From the NCBI RefSeq assembly GCF_001194135.2, contig NC_068981.1:95466779-95530778 (forward strand): a DNA stretch of 64,000 bases. Direction: 5' to 3'. A program made the translations under genes and the position numbers. The first letter of the stretch is position 1. Each line of letters begins with the position of its first letter. Source of the DNA: Octopus bimaculoides (taxonomy: Eukaryota). The notes beneath the pieces are model-generated. The model was given only the letters and a program-made list of their open reading frames with translations, made no database searches and was not told the origin of the DNA. This document shows, one piece after another, positions 49,767 to 60,890 of the stretch.

Positions 49767-49904
49767 TTGCAGGAATCCGCTGTGTTCAGTGCAGTTCTCT
49801 GAAGAATACTCTCTGTGTATCGGGTAAAGTTCCACCTAGTCAATGTACATCGATAGACTCTGGTGCAAACTTCTGCGTCAGGTACATCGGGAAGTTAGAA
49901 ACAG
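49767..49904 (+). CDS. Ly6/uPAR (LU, three-finger; quiver/sleepless-like) domain exon, first half
   Basis: Acceptor catttttAG (alternative ttgcAG, exon start 49773), donor CAG|GTAAGG, phase 1-1. Reads (V)AGIRCVQCSSLKNTLCVSGKVPPSQCTSIDSGANFCVRYIGKLET, with Cys spacing C-x2-C-x7-C-x9-C-x9-C directly after the signal peptide. Confidence 0.8.
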
Positions 49905-50468
49905 GTAAGGTCATATTCTTTTCTATCGTTGTTTACAAAAGTTTGACTAATTAACTAATAGGCATCTATAACATTCCTTGCAGTACATTCTTTCATGTAT
50001 AAATTTCTGAAACGTATCTCATTGAAAACAGATATATTATGTTGGATGCAGTGGGTTAAATGACAGAAATCCTACTGGGATGACACAAATAAATGACAGA
50101 AATCCTCGCTGGGAGTCATTTGTCTGCTGCTAGGAAATTGCCTTTGCTCTTCATGGAATGTCATGCGTTTTTAGAAGGTCATTTTTGTTTGTCCGGTATA
50201 ATTTGTTCCATATCTTGAATTGGGTATTAAATGTTGTTTTAATTAATCAATTATATTTCCATTTAATGAATCTTAATTTCGTACGTATTATTCCTACTAT
50301 TAATCGCAGAAAATGAATATTTCACTTATTTCTCTTGTTAATATCAACAACAATCCCTTATTACTTTCATCTTCACCATCAGCTTCTATTATGAGATTAC
50401 TGCAAAGCTAACAGCAAATAGTTATGAAATCAAAAAATTATGAGATATTTTTTTTTTAAATCACGATT

Positions 50469-50501
50469 GTCGGGATGGCTGAGTGGTCTAAGGTGCCAGA
50501 C
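50469..50501 (+). tRNA. tRNA-Leu 5' half (pseudogenic fragment)
   Basis: gtcgggatggctgagtggtctaaggtgccagac is 30/33 identical to the recalled eukaryotic tRNA-Leu(CAA) 5' end GTCAGGATGGCCGAGTGGTCTAAGGCGCCAGAC; it breaks off before the anticodon loop. Confidence 0.65.
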
Positions 50502-50585
50502 CCTTAAAAAGAGAGACACCACTTGATTACATCAACATTACATTTCACCCTAAAAATTTAATCATAAAGATTTCAGTGCATTTTT

Positions 50586-50670
<85 letters not shown>

Positions 50671-51067
50671 GCTCATGCGTGTGTGCTTCTGTCTGTCTGT
50701 CTGTCTGTCTGTATGTATGCATGTATGTATGTGGGCATATAATTATGAATATATGTATACCTACAGAGTGTTCAAGCTGGTCGCTAAAAAAGCGACAAGA
50801 CTTTTTAACTTGAGAGAGTTCCTGGTGTTTGTGAAAATATGGTTTAAGTTGATGTGTTGGTTGAGCTGTGGATGCAGACACCCAAGCGTGTGGATCAATT
50901 CATCTAAAGAATCTCAAATTGAGAATCTTTGAAGTGTCTTGCAGATATTCACTGTGCCGCTAATAAATTGGATTTGGAGAAGTTGCGTTAATTTCTTTTG
51001 CTCTTTCGTCGAAGAAACTAGTATTTCTAAGATTTTGTGTAAATTTGTGGGTACATAGCCTAATGCA

Positions 51068-51390
51068 GTGGAGGCGCAATGGCCCAGTGGTTAGGGCAGC
51101 GGACTCGCGGTCATAGGATCGCGGTTTCGATTCCCAGACCGGGCGTTGTGAGTGTTTATTGAGCGAAAACACCTAAAGCTCCACGAGGCTCCGGCAGCGG
51201 ATGGCGGCGAACTCTGCTGTACTCTTTCACCACAACTTTCTCTCACTCTTACATCCTGTTTCTGTTGTGCCTGTAATTCAAAGGGTCAGCCTTGTCACAC
51301 TGTGTCACGCTGAATATCCCCGAGAACTACGTTAAGGGTACACGTGTCTGTGGAGTGCTCAGCCACTTGCACGTTAATTTCACGAGCAGG
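51068..51390 (+). mobile_element. SINE family B (runs into gap)
   Basis: ggaggcgcaatggcccagtggttagggcagcggactcgcgg…ggtttcgattccc. Confidence 0.9.
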
Positions 51391-51826
51391 NNNNNNNNNN
51401 NNNNNNNNNNNNNNNNNNNNNNNNNNNNNNNNNNNNNNNNNNNNNNNNNNNNNNNNNNNNNNNNNNNNNNNNNNNNNNNNNNNNNNNNNNNNNNNNNNNN
51501 NNNNNNNNNNNNNNNNNNNNNNNNNNNNNNNNNNNNNNNNNNNNNNNNNNNNNNNNNNNNNNNNNNNNNNNNNNNNNNNNNNNNNNNNNNNNNNNNNNNN
51601 NNNNNNNNNNNNNNNNNNNNNNNNNNNNNNNNNNNNNNNNNNNNNNNNNNNNNNNNNNNNNNNNNNNNNNNNNNNNNNNNNNNNNNNNNNNNNNNNNNNN
51701 NNNNNNNNNNNNNNNNNNNNNNNNNNNNNNNNNNNNNNNNNNNNNNNNNNNNNNNNNNNNNNNNNNNNNNNNNNNNNNNNNNNNNNNNNNNNNNNNNNNN
51801 NNNNNNNNNNNNNNNNNNNNNNNNNN

Positions 51827-52078
51827 CGACACTTTTGAGAGAGCACGTATCCAGCATGAAGAACTTAAGCGAGCTGCGCGAAAGCGCACAGCTCGTATAG
51901 TGAATGGGGAAAGCTTGGTCTGCAATGTTTGCAGTCGTGTATGCTTATCAAGAGCAGGGCTCATTAGCCACCAACGGAGCCGCAAATGCAAAATATAAGT
52001 TAGTCCTAGAGCGCACAATGTTCCTGAAGGTTGGCAATGGTCTTCCTCGGTCACGAGTGGACGGCCATCATCATCATC
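51827..52078 (+). mobile_element. RTE (BovB-type) LINE 3' end followed by (ATGT)n
   Basis: TFERARIQHEELKRAARKRTARIVNGESLVCNVCSRVCLSRAGLISHQRSRKCKI* (stop 51996-98), 3' UTR, (CAT)n tail. Confidence 0.8.
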
Positions 52079-52149
52079 AATTATGTATGTATGTATGTAT
52101 GTATGTATGTATGTATGTATGTATGTATGTATGTATGTATGCATACTTA

Positions 52150-52500
52150 TAGCCACAGGCGTGGCTGTGTGGTCAAGAAACTTGCTTGGTCTTGAGTTCA
52201 GTTCCACTGCACATCACTCTGGGAAAGTGTTTCTACTATTTGCCTCGGGGCGACTAGGGCTCTGTTAGTGGACTTGGTTGGCGGAAACTCAAAGAAACCC
52301 ATCGTGTATATATATGTGTGCATCTATTTGTGTGTATTTTTGTGTTAGTGTTTGTCTCCACCACAGCTTGACGAAACGGTTTTTGTTGGCTCGAGGTTAT
52401 AGTAGAAGACACTTGCCCAAGGTGCCACGCAAAGGGACTGAACCCGGAACCATGTGGCTGGGAAGCAAGCTTCTTACCACACAGTCACGCCTGCGCCTGT
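52150..52500. mobile_element. Tail-to-tail inverted pair of family C SINEs
   Basis: + copy at about 52150-52360 and - copy at about 52385-52500. Confidence 0.75.
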
Positions 52501-52580
52501 AAGATACATATATGCGCGCATGTGTGTGTATTCATATATGAATACACATACATGCACACAGAAAGACACACAGACACAGA

Positions 52581-52637
<57 letters not shown>

Positions 52638-53204
52638 ATATATAAAGCTGGCAGAGGAGAAAAAGTGGTACCTTTTAACATTTTCGTGAATTCTGATATT
52701 GGTTGATGGAAGGGAGGAAGTCATCTCCAGTCATACACCTGGCCTGAATGTTTGCAACACAATGAACTCTGTTGAATACTCCTAAGAGCCAGATGGCGAT
52801 GTTAAGCCGCGCGTTAATGAGATAAGAGATGGTGCGTAGTTACGAAATCTATGTGTCTACTGTATGTATGTAAAAAGTCGTTTATTGATGTGTAAATTTA
52901 TTAAATACATCAATGACGTTTTCTTGAAAAAAAAACATGAAAAAATATTTTTATATATGTATTATATATGTATTTTTTAAATGTACTAGAATAGGTGATG
53001 TTTAGAGTAAGTTACTCGAATATTATCATGATTTTTTAAGACGACGTTTTATTTTAAAATATGTTATTTCAAGATGCCGCTTGTGATGTATCTATATGGA
53101 ATTTTAATTCTGTTTGTCTTTCAATGATTTAGTATAAAATTTTCATACGAGATTTTAAAGACTATATAAACAACCTAGCAGCAATAGCGAATGGTAATAT
53201 ATAT

Positions 53205-53458
53205 ATATATTGAACATCTATGGTGCATTTTAGAAAAAGAAGTAAGGAGTCAGTATCCTCCACCATCATCACTACAAGAACTGAAGACTGTCTTAGCTGA
53301 AGAATGGACAAAAATTCCTTTGCAAGCAATTCAAACTTTGTACAAGTTTGTACCTCGTAGAATTCAAGCTGTAATTACTGGCAAAGGCGGTCCCACCACA
53401 TATTAAAATGAATTTGTTTGAAATTTTGAGGTGTTTCCATTATTTTGTCCAACCCCTG
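53205..53458 (+). mobile_element. Tc1 (DD34E) transposon 3' fragment with right TIR and TA
   Basis: IEHLWCILEKEVR…LQELKTVLAEEWTKIP…VPRRIQAVITGKGGPTTY*. End reverse complement TA|CAGGGGTTGGACAAAATAATGGAAACACC. Confidence 0.88.
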
Positions 53459-53461
53459 TAT

Positions 53462-53620
53462 ATATACGACGGGCTTCTTTCAGTTTCCGTCTACCAAATC
53501 CATTCACAAAGCTTTTGTCAGGCCGAGGCTTTAGTAGAAGACACTTACTCAATGTGACACCCAGTGGGACTGAACCCGGAACAATGTGGTTGGTAAGCAA
53601 GTTCCTTGCCACACAGCCAT
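53462..53620 (-). mobile_element. SINE family C, 5' part
   Basis: cgggcttctttcagtttccgtctaccaaatcc…gggactgaacccggaacaatgtggttggtaagcaag. Confidence 0.85.
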
Positions 53621-53626
53621 ATATAT

Positions 53627-53766
53627 ATTCTGTAAATAATAATTATAAGCCTTAAGCTCTTATAAGCTTTCACCGTATATTCGCTATAGAAAATAGTCTC
53701 ATATTCTATAGCAAATACACGGTGAACGCTTACAGCCTTAAAGCTTATAATTATTATTTACAGAAT
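53627..53766. repeat. 140-bp fold-back palindrome (arms of about 67 bp, 6-nt loop)
   Basis: attctgtaaataataattataagc…gctatagaaaat | agtctc | atattctatagc…gcttataattattatttacagaat. Confidence 0.9.
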
Positions 53767-53809
53767 TTTCAGGTGTCACCGTTTCTTAACTTAGCGCTGA
53801 ACATATATC

Positions 53810-56800
53810 ATCATCATTATCATCATCGTCATTTAACGTCCGCTTTCCATGCTGGCATGGATTGGACGTTTTGACTGAGGGCTGGCAAGCCAGGAAGCTG
53901 CACAACGATCCAATCTGAACTGGCAAAGTTTCTACAGCTGGATGTCCTTCCTAGTACCAACCACTCCGAGAGTATAGTGTATGCTTTTTACATGCCACCG
54001 GCACGACGGCCAGTCAGGCGTTAATGGCATCGACCACGTTTGAATGATGCATTTTATGTGCCACCGGCACGGGGGCCAGTCAGGCGGCACTGACAACGAT
54101 CACGCTCGAATGATGCTTTTTACGTGCCACAGGCACAAGACCAGTCAGGCGGCACTGGCATCGACAACGCTCGAATGGTGCATTTTACGTCCCACTGGCA
54201 CGGGTGCCAAATAGGCGGTATTGTCATCGGCCACGATAATGACTTCACTTGAGTCAACAGGTCTTCGCAAGCGCAGTTTATTGCCCAATGATTGAAGGGT
54301 ACTCTTAAATGGGCCGGTTATGCTGCACTGGCGCAGGCCACGGTTATGGTCTCACTTGGTTTGCCGGGTCTTCTCATGCACAGCATATCTCCAAAGGTCT
54401 CGGTCACTTGTCATCACCTCCGTGAGGCCCAACATTCGAAAGTCGTGCTTCACCACCTCATCCCCGGTCTTCCTGGGTCTACCCCTTTCACAGGTTCCCT
54501 CTATTACTAGGGTGTGACACTTTTTCACACAGCTGTCCTCATCCATACTAGCGCAGTCGTCTCACTTGCACACCACATCTGATGCTTCTTATGTCCAACT
54601 TTCTCACAGGGCGCTTCATTTCTTGCAAGCTTATGCATTTCCTCAGCATGTTTCACTGCCATGTAGCATGGTTGTTCTCACACATGCGTCATACAGCCTA
54701 CCTTTTACTCTGAGCGAGAAGCACTTTGTCACTAGCAGAAGTAGGAACTCTCTGAACTTTGTCCAGGCTATTCTTATTCTAGCAGCTACACTCTCAGAGC
54801 ATCCACCCCCGCTACTAACTTGGTCACCATGGTAACGGAAGCTATCAACTACTTCTAGTTTTTCCCCTTGGCGTGTGACGGAACCTGTTTTCTGCACATT
54901 TTCAGTGTTTATTGCTTCTGAGCATTTGCCACACACAAAAACTATCTTCCCAGTTAGCCTTCTTTTGATATTGCTGCACCTCTTATGTGTCCATAGCTTA
55001 CACCGGGTACATCTTATGGAGTTTCTACCTAGGCCTTTTCTACAACTCGAGCAGGGCCATCTACCTGAAGGGATTTGTGATTTGTCTGCCTTCCTACTTA
55101 TTAAGACTTTGGTTTTTGCTAGATTGACTCTAAGCCCCTTCGGTTCTAGACCTTGCTTCCATAGCTGAAACTTCTCCTCTAGTTTTGATAGTGACTCAGC
55201 TACTAGAGCAAGGTCATCAGCATAGAGGAGCTCTCAGGGGCATCTGTCTTGAATTCCTCTGTTATTGCCTGGAGGACTATGATGAATAAGAAGGGGCTGA
55301 GGACTGATTCTTGGTGGACCCCTACCCTACTCGGAATTCTTCACTTTACTCGTTGCCAACCCTCACCTTACTGATAGCATCCCTGTACATGGCTTGCACA
55401 GCTATCACAACCACTCATCTATCTCCAGTTTCCGCATTGACCACCAGATAAGGGATCGGGGGGACCCTATCAAAGGCTTTCTCCACGTCAGCGAAGGCCA
55501 GGTACCGAAGTTTATCTTTCGCTGGGTATTTCTCCTGCAGCTGTCTTACCAGAAATATAGCATCAGTGGTGCTCTTCCCTGGTACAAAACCAAACTGCAA
55601 CTCGTCTAAACTGACTCTCTCCCTAATTAGTTGGGCTATGACCCTCTCCGTGACTTTCATTACCTGATCCAACAACTTGATACCTCTGTAATTATCTAAT
55701 GCATCACCTTTACCTTTGTAGCAGTTGACTGTAGTGCTGCTACACCAGTCAATGGGCATGATTCTTTCATGTATCATCTGATTGGCTATACGGGTGACTA
55801 GACTATAGTCGACACTGCCAGATATTTTGAGCATCTCTGCGGTGATTCCTGATGGGTCGGGGGCTTTCCTTGTCTTCATACCCTTAATTGCTTTATCTAC
55901 CAAGGTACTGTTAATTCGGATAGCTGGTCCCTGTGTTGGGTCGACATTCGGCAGACTCTCTTTCTCCCATTCATTCTCTTCATTTAGCAACCTTTCATAG
56001 AGGCGTCTCCAAGTATCTCTCTTTGCAGCCTCATTAAATGCAAGTGAGCCATCATCCATGCGGTCACATTGCTCTCCTATGACATCACGATTCTCTCTCA
56101 CACACTGTCTTGCAATACGAAAGACTTCAAGTGTTTGGTCCTCACGACGCAGAACATTAGCAAATTTTTTCTTATCTGCTTCCCCTCTGGCAATCTGATA
56201 CAATTCCCTGCTACCACCGTTCTTCCAGTCTTTCTATGCCTGTTTCTTTTCTCTAATGGCCCTGTCAATTACATTGTTCCACTACCACGTTACTTTGGGT
56301 CGAGAGGGGACTTTGCACCATCCACAGATCTGGTCAGTAGCCCTCAACAGGTTGTCCTGTAGGAACCTCCAGTTGTCTTTCACACCATGTGATGCTATAT
56401 CCCCCTCTATTTCGTCAAAAGCTTCGAGTAATACCTCTCTAAATCTCTGTCCATTCGCAGGATCTTTAAGCTTCCAGACACTTCTTCTCCATGCTGGTCG
56501 TCTTCTGGGCATCCATTTAGTCCTGATCCTCAAGTCACTAACGACTAATCTATGTTGTGGGGTGCATTCTTCACCTGGGAAGGTTTTGGCATTTATAAGT
56601 AGCCATCTTTCCCGTTTCCTGGTGAAGATGTAATCAATTTGACTAATGTGTCCACCAGATCGGTAGGTGAATAGGTGATTGGCAAGTTTCTTGAAATTAG
56701 TATTACAAACCATAAGAACTCCAGCAGCCTGGTCCCCTCCTCAATGGGGGAACCAAAACCATAGCCCCCATGTACGCCATGGAAGCCCTCTGCATGTTGT

Positions 56801-57061
56801 GCAACATGCCCATTGAAGTCGCCAGCCACAGAGAGAAGGTCCCTGTCATTTATCGACGAGATAGTCTGTAAGAGGATGTCATAAAATCGATCTTTCTGTT
56901 CATCAGGTAGCCCTGGCTGAGGGGCATAAGCCTAGATAATGGTTGCCAACCCATGTTGCAGTACTAATCTAATCTTAAGCATGCTGTCACAGACTCTAAC
57001 TACCTCGATTACCTTATCATCCCATTTTTCCGCAAGAAGTATACCCATGCCACCCCCCCCC
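53810..57061 (-). mobile_element. RTE-clade LINE, near full length, disabled (APE plus RT, 3' UTR, (GAT)n tail)
   Basis: GMGILLAEKW…AYAPQPG…VAGDFNGHV…SQIDYI (APE); QFGFVPGKSTTDAIF…AFADVEKAFDRVP…QESVLSPFLFIIV…LYADDLAL (55213-24)…FRYHGD…RGRPRKT (RT). Multiple stops, frameshifts and deletions; the 5' end lies in the gap. Confidence 0.93.
53981..54240. repeat. Four 65-66-bp tandem repeats in the RTE 3' UTR
   Basis: Units start at 53981, 54047, 54113 and 54178; each has a GTGCC-ACC-GGCAC-type hairpin. Confidence 0.85.
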
Positions 57062-58189
57062 NNNNNNNNNNNNNNNNNNNNNNNNNNNNNNNNNNNNNNN
57101 NNNNNNNNNNNNNNNNNNNNNNNNNNNNNNNNNNNNNNNNNNNNNNNNNNNNNNNNNNNNNNNNNNNNNNNNNNNNNNNNNNNNNNNNNNNNNNNNNNNN
57201 NNNNNNNNNNNNNNNNNNNNNNNNNNNNNNNNNNNNNNNNNNNNNNNNNNNNNNNNNNNNNNNNNNNNNNNNNNNNNNNNNNNNNNNNNNNNNNNNNNNN
57301 NNNNNNNNNNNNNNNNNNNNNNNNNNNNNNNNNNNNNNNNNNNNNNNNNNNNNNNNNNNNNNNNNNNNNNNNNNNNNNNNNNNNNNNNNNNNNNNNNNNN
57401 NNNNNNNNNNNNNNNNNNNNNNNNNNNNNNNNNNNNNNNNNNNNNNNNNNNNNNNNNNNNNNNNNNNNNNNNNNNNNNNNNNNNNNNNNNNNNNNNNNNN
57501 NNNNNNNNNNNNNNNNNNNNNNNNNNNNNNNNNNNNNNNNNNNNNNNNNNNNNNNNNNNNNNNNNNNNNNNNNNNNNNNNNNNNNNNNNNNNNNNNNNNN
57601 NNNNNNNNNNNNNNNNNNNNNNNNNNNNNNNNNNNNNNNNNNNNNNNNNNNNNNNNNNNNNNNNNNNNNNNNNNNNNNNNNNNNNNNNNNNNNNNNNNNN
57701 NNNNNNNNNNNNNNNNNNNNNNNNNNNNNNNNNNNNNNNAGATAACTATGACAAAATTAGATAAATGAATGAATAAATGACAATAATATGCTCATTTATT
57801 ATTGTCATTTATTCATTCATTTATCTAAATTTGTCATAGTTTGGCTGACCGAAAACTGTTGGTTATAGCTCCAGTTAAGAATTCAAATACCCAATTCTAT
57901 CTCATTATTATCATTAATATTTTCTCACACCGGCAGCTTGAGCTTTTTGCTGTTTCCTGGTGTGCCTGCCCTTTCCACCCCACAACCTGTACCGGAAGTC
58001 TCTGTCCACTGACCTCTATCGGATGTCTCTCCCATGAATACCTCCAATGGTTTAATGTTCCCCCATCTCTACTTAAGGTTTATCTCCTATGTAATGTAGT
58101 GATTATGTAACGCATAAAACGATGGTGTGGTGTATGCAGGTTAATGGCTATTATATGTTTATGAGTTCTGGAAAATGCAAGCTTTCTTT

Positions 58190-58400
58190 TCAGGTACATG
58201 ACACTGCTGCCCCCATCCCAGGGTCTCACGGGTTCACACCTCCCACACCCTCAGGGTTGGCACACTCAATGTGGGCACACTGAAAGGTAGGTCTGGTGAG
58301 ATTGTTGAGATGCTTGAACGGAGACGTGTAGATTTGTGCTGCACCCAAGAAGTAAGGTGGAGAGGAAGTTCTGTTAGGTTCCTCACAGGCAAAGAACATG
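58190..58400 (+). mobile_element. RTE ORF N-terminus (APE start), opposite strand to the main element
   Basis: LRVGTLNVGTLKGRSGEIVEMLERRRVDLCCTQEVRWRGSSVRFLTGKEH, fused at ggg|tcga to a family C SINE tail (58400-58490). Confidence 0.85.
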
Positions 58401-59430
58401 GGTCGATTTCTTCGATTAAAACCTTTTAAGGCGGTGCTCCAACATGGCCGCAGTCAAATGACTGAAACAAGTAAAAGAATAAAAAAATATAATAGTAGTA
58501 GTAGTAATAGTAGTAGTAGTAGTAGTAGTAACAAACAAAAGAAATAATATAGTACTCAATACTATAAAGCAAAGTGTTAATTTAATTTGGTCGGCTGAAA
58601 TCAGCACTGATAATTACTGATAACAATTTATTTGCATGAAAATCACATTATTCTTTCAATATGGTGGATTTTCATGTATGTATGTGTTTCTGTATGAGCA
58701 TGTATGTGTGAGAAATAGTTGAACGGATGGCATTACATTTTGGGGTGATCCAAAACGATTTTGAAAAATTCCCTTAGAAAATTGTTTTGTTATTATTGTT
58801 GTGACTGTTTTTTATTTTATTTTATTTTATTTTATTTTGTGTGTAGTAGCTACTGCTAGTTAGTTCTAGAAGTACTTTTGCTGATATAGTTTCAGAATAG
58901 AGTTTCTAACCGTACTGATATAGCTATAAGTACAGCTAGAACTATTAGAGCTAGTTATAGGAATAGTGTTAAGCAGAAAACATGTTCTCAGTGGTAATTA
59001 AGATAATGAACTGATAGAATCGGTAGACTCTCGGACAAAATATTATGTTTTATTCTTCCCTTTACATTCTCACTTCAAATCCCATCGCAGTCAATTTTGT
59101 CTTTCATCACCGTAGAGTCGATAAAATAAAGTACCGGTACAGTACTGGTTGTTGATATAATTGAACGAAGCTTTTTTTCATATTTCTGGCCTTTTGCCTA
59201 CATAACAAATCTCTATTTAATTTTTCTTCTTAGTGCTAATGTCCTCGGGAAATTCTCGAGGGCAGCAATCTCTTATACTTCTCTCCCTAAAAAAACAAAA
59301 CAAAAAAAAACAGGGTTCAAGCAACCAGACCTGCTCATAAAAAATCAGTAGTCAAACTATTCTCATATTTCCTAAACGTCATGATTCAAAGCAATTGATA
59401 AATATCGATGTTTTTCTAGTTACTCATCTC

Positions 59431-59496
<66 letters not shown>

Positions 59497-60008
59497 NNNN
59501 NNNNNNNNNNNNNNNNNNNNNNNNNNNNNNNNNNNNNNNNNNNNNNNNNNNNNNNNNNNNNNNNNNNNNNNNNNNNNNNNNNNNNNNNNNNNNNNNNNNN
59601 NNNNNNNNNNNNNNNNNNNNNNNNNNNNNNNNNNNNNNNNNNNNNNNNNNNNNNNNNNNNNNNNNNNNNNNNNNNNNNNNNNNNNNNNNNNNNNNNNNNN
59701 NNNNNNNNNNNNNNNNNNNNNNNNNNNNNNNNNNNNNNNNNNNNNNNNNNNNNNNNNNNNNNNNNNNNNNNNNNNNNNNNNNNNNNNNNNNNNNNNNNNN
59801 NNNNNNNNNNNNNNNNNNNNNNNNNNNNNNNNNNNNNNNNNNNNNNNNNNNNNNNNNNNNNNNNNNNNNNNNNNNNNNNNNNNNNNNNNNNNNNNNNNNN
59901 NNNNNNNNNNNNNNNNNNNNNNNNNNNNNNNNNNNNNNNNNNNNNNNNNNNNNNNNNNNNNNNNNNNNNNNNNNNNNNNNNNNNNNNNNNNNNNNNNNNN
60001 NNNNNNNN

Positions 60009-60055
<47 letters not shown>

Positions 60056-60058
60056 ATC

Positions 60059-60118
<60 letters not shown>

Positions 60119-60551
60119 TCAAGTAAATTAGATTACAACAAATCACAATTTCAGTTATTTTACTAAGTTCTAAATTCGATGATTTTATAACGGAATTTTA
60201 ATTACTGTAGAGTTTCCCCTTCTGTGTATGTTTATGTGTGCGTGTGCATACCTGTTTGTGCGTCCGTACACGTGTCTACGAAATGAACAAAGATTACACG
60301 TTTTAACTACGCTTTTGTTTGTCCTGGAGTCCGTACATGTGAACTTGTTTGAAAGTAATAATGGGCAAACTGTGGGCCTTTCTGAATGACCCTCTAAACG
60401 ATAAGTTACCTTGAATCTTTTTAGTAGTGTGGCCCGTCCGATGATTAGCCATGTCTCATGCAGTCCGCTTCTCGAAGGAGGTTTCTTATGCATGAAACAA
60501 GTTAATCTTAGCAGCATAGCTCATCGGTAGTCATCTGTCGTGCAATGGAGT

Positions 60552-60890
60552 TGGCACTCCATCGCTTACGACGTGAAATTAGAGTGCAAGTGGCTGAGCA
60601 CTCCACAGCCACGTGTACCCTTAACGTAGTTCTCGGGGATATTCAGCGTGACACAGTGTGACAAGGCTGACCCTTTGAATTACAAGCACAACAGAAACAG
60701 GAAGTAAGAGTGAGAGAAAGTTGTGGTGGAAGAGTACAGCAGGGTTCGCCACCATCCCCTGCCGGAGCCTCGTGGAGCTTTAGATGTTTTCGCTCAATAA
60801 ACACTCACAACGTCAGGTCTGGGAATCGAAACCGCGATCCTATGACCGCAAGTCCGCTACCCTAACCACTGGGCCATTGCGCCTCCACCA
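60552..60890 (-). mobile_element. SINE family B with imperfect 11-bp TSD
   Basis: TGCAATGGAGT (60541-51) and TACAATGGAGT (60891-901). Confidence 0.88.

Noticed and set aside
57841-58110. Cys-containing ORF as the missing Ly6 exon
   Set aside because: Phase-0 acceptor, wrong Cys spacing, no CC…CN motif; probably LINE 5' leader or flank.
58856-58948. Imperfect AT-rich hairpin (about 20-bp arms, 50-nt loop)
   Set aside because: Low-complexity AGCT/CTAG-rich DNA with a loop too large for a miRNA-like precursor.
59230-59254. 12-bp GC-rich palindrome tgtcctcgggaaattctcgagggca
   Set aside because: Isolated, with no Helitron CTRR or TIR context.
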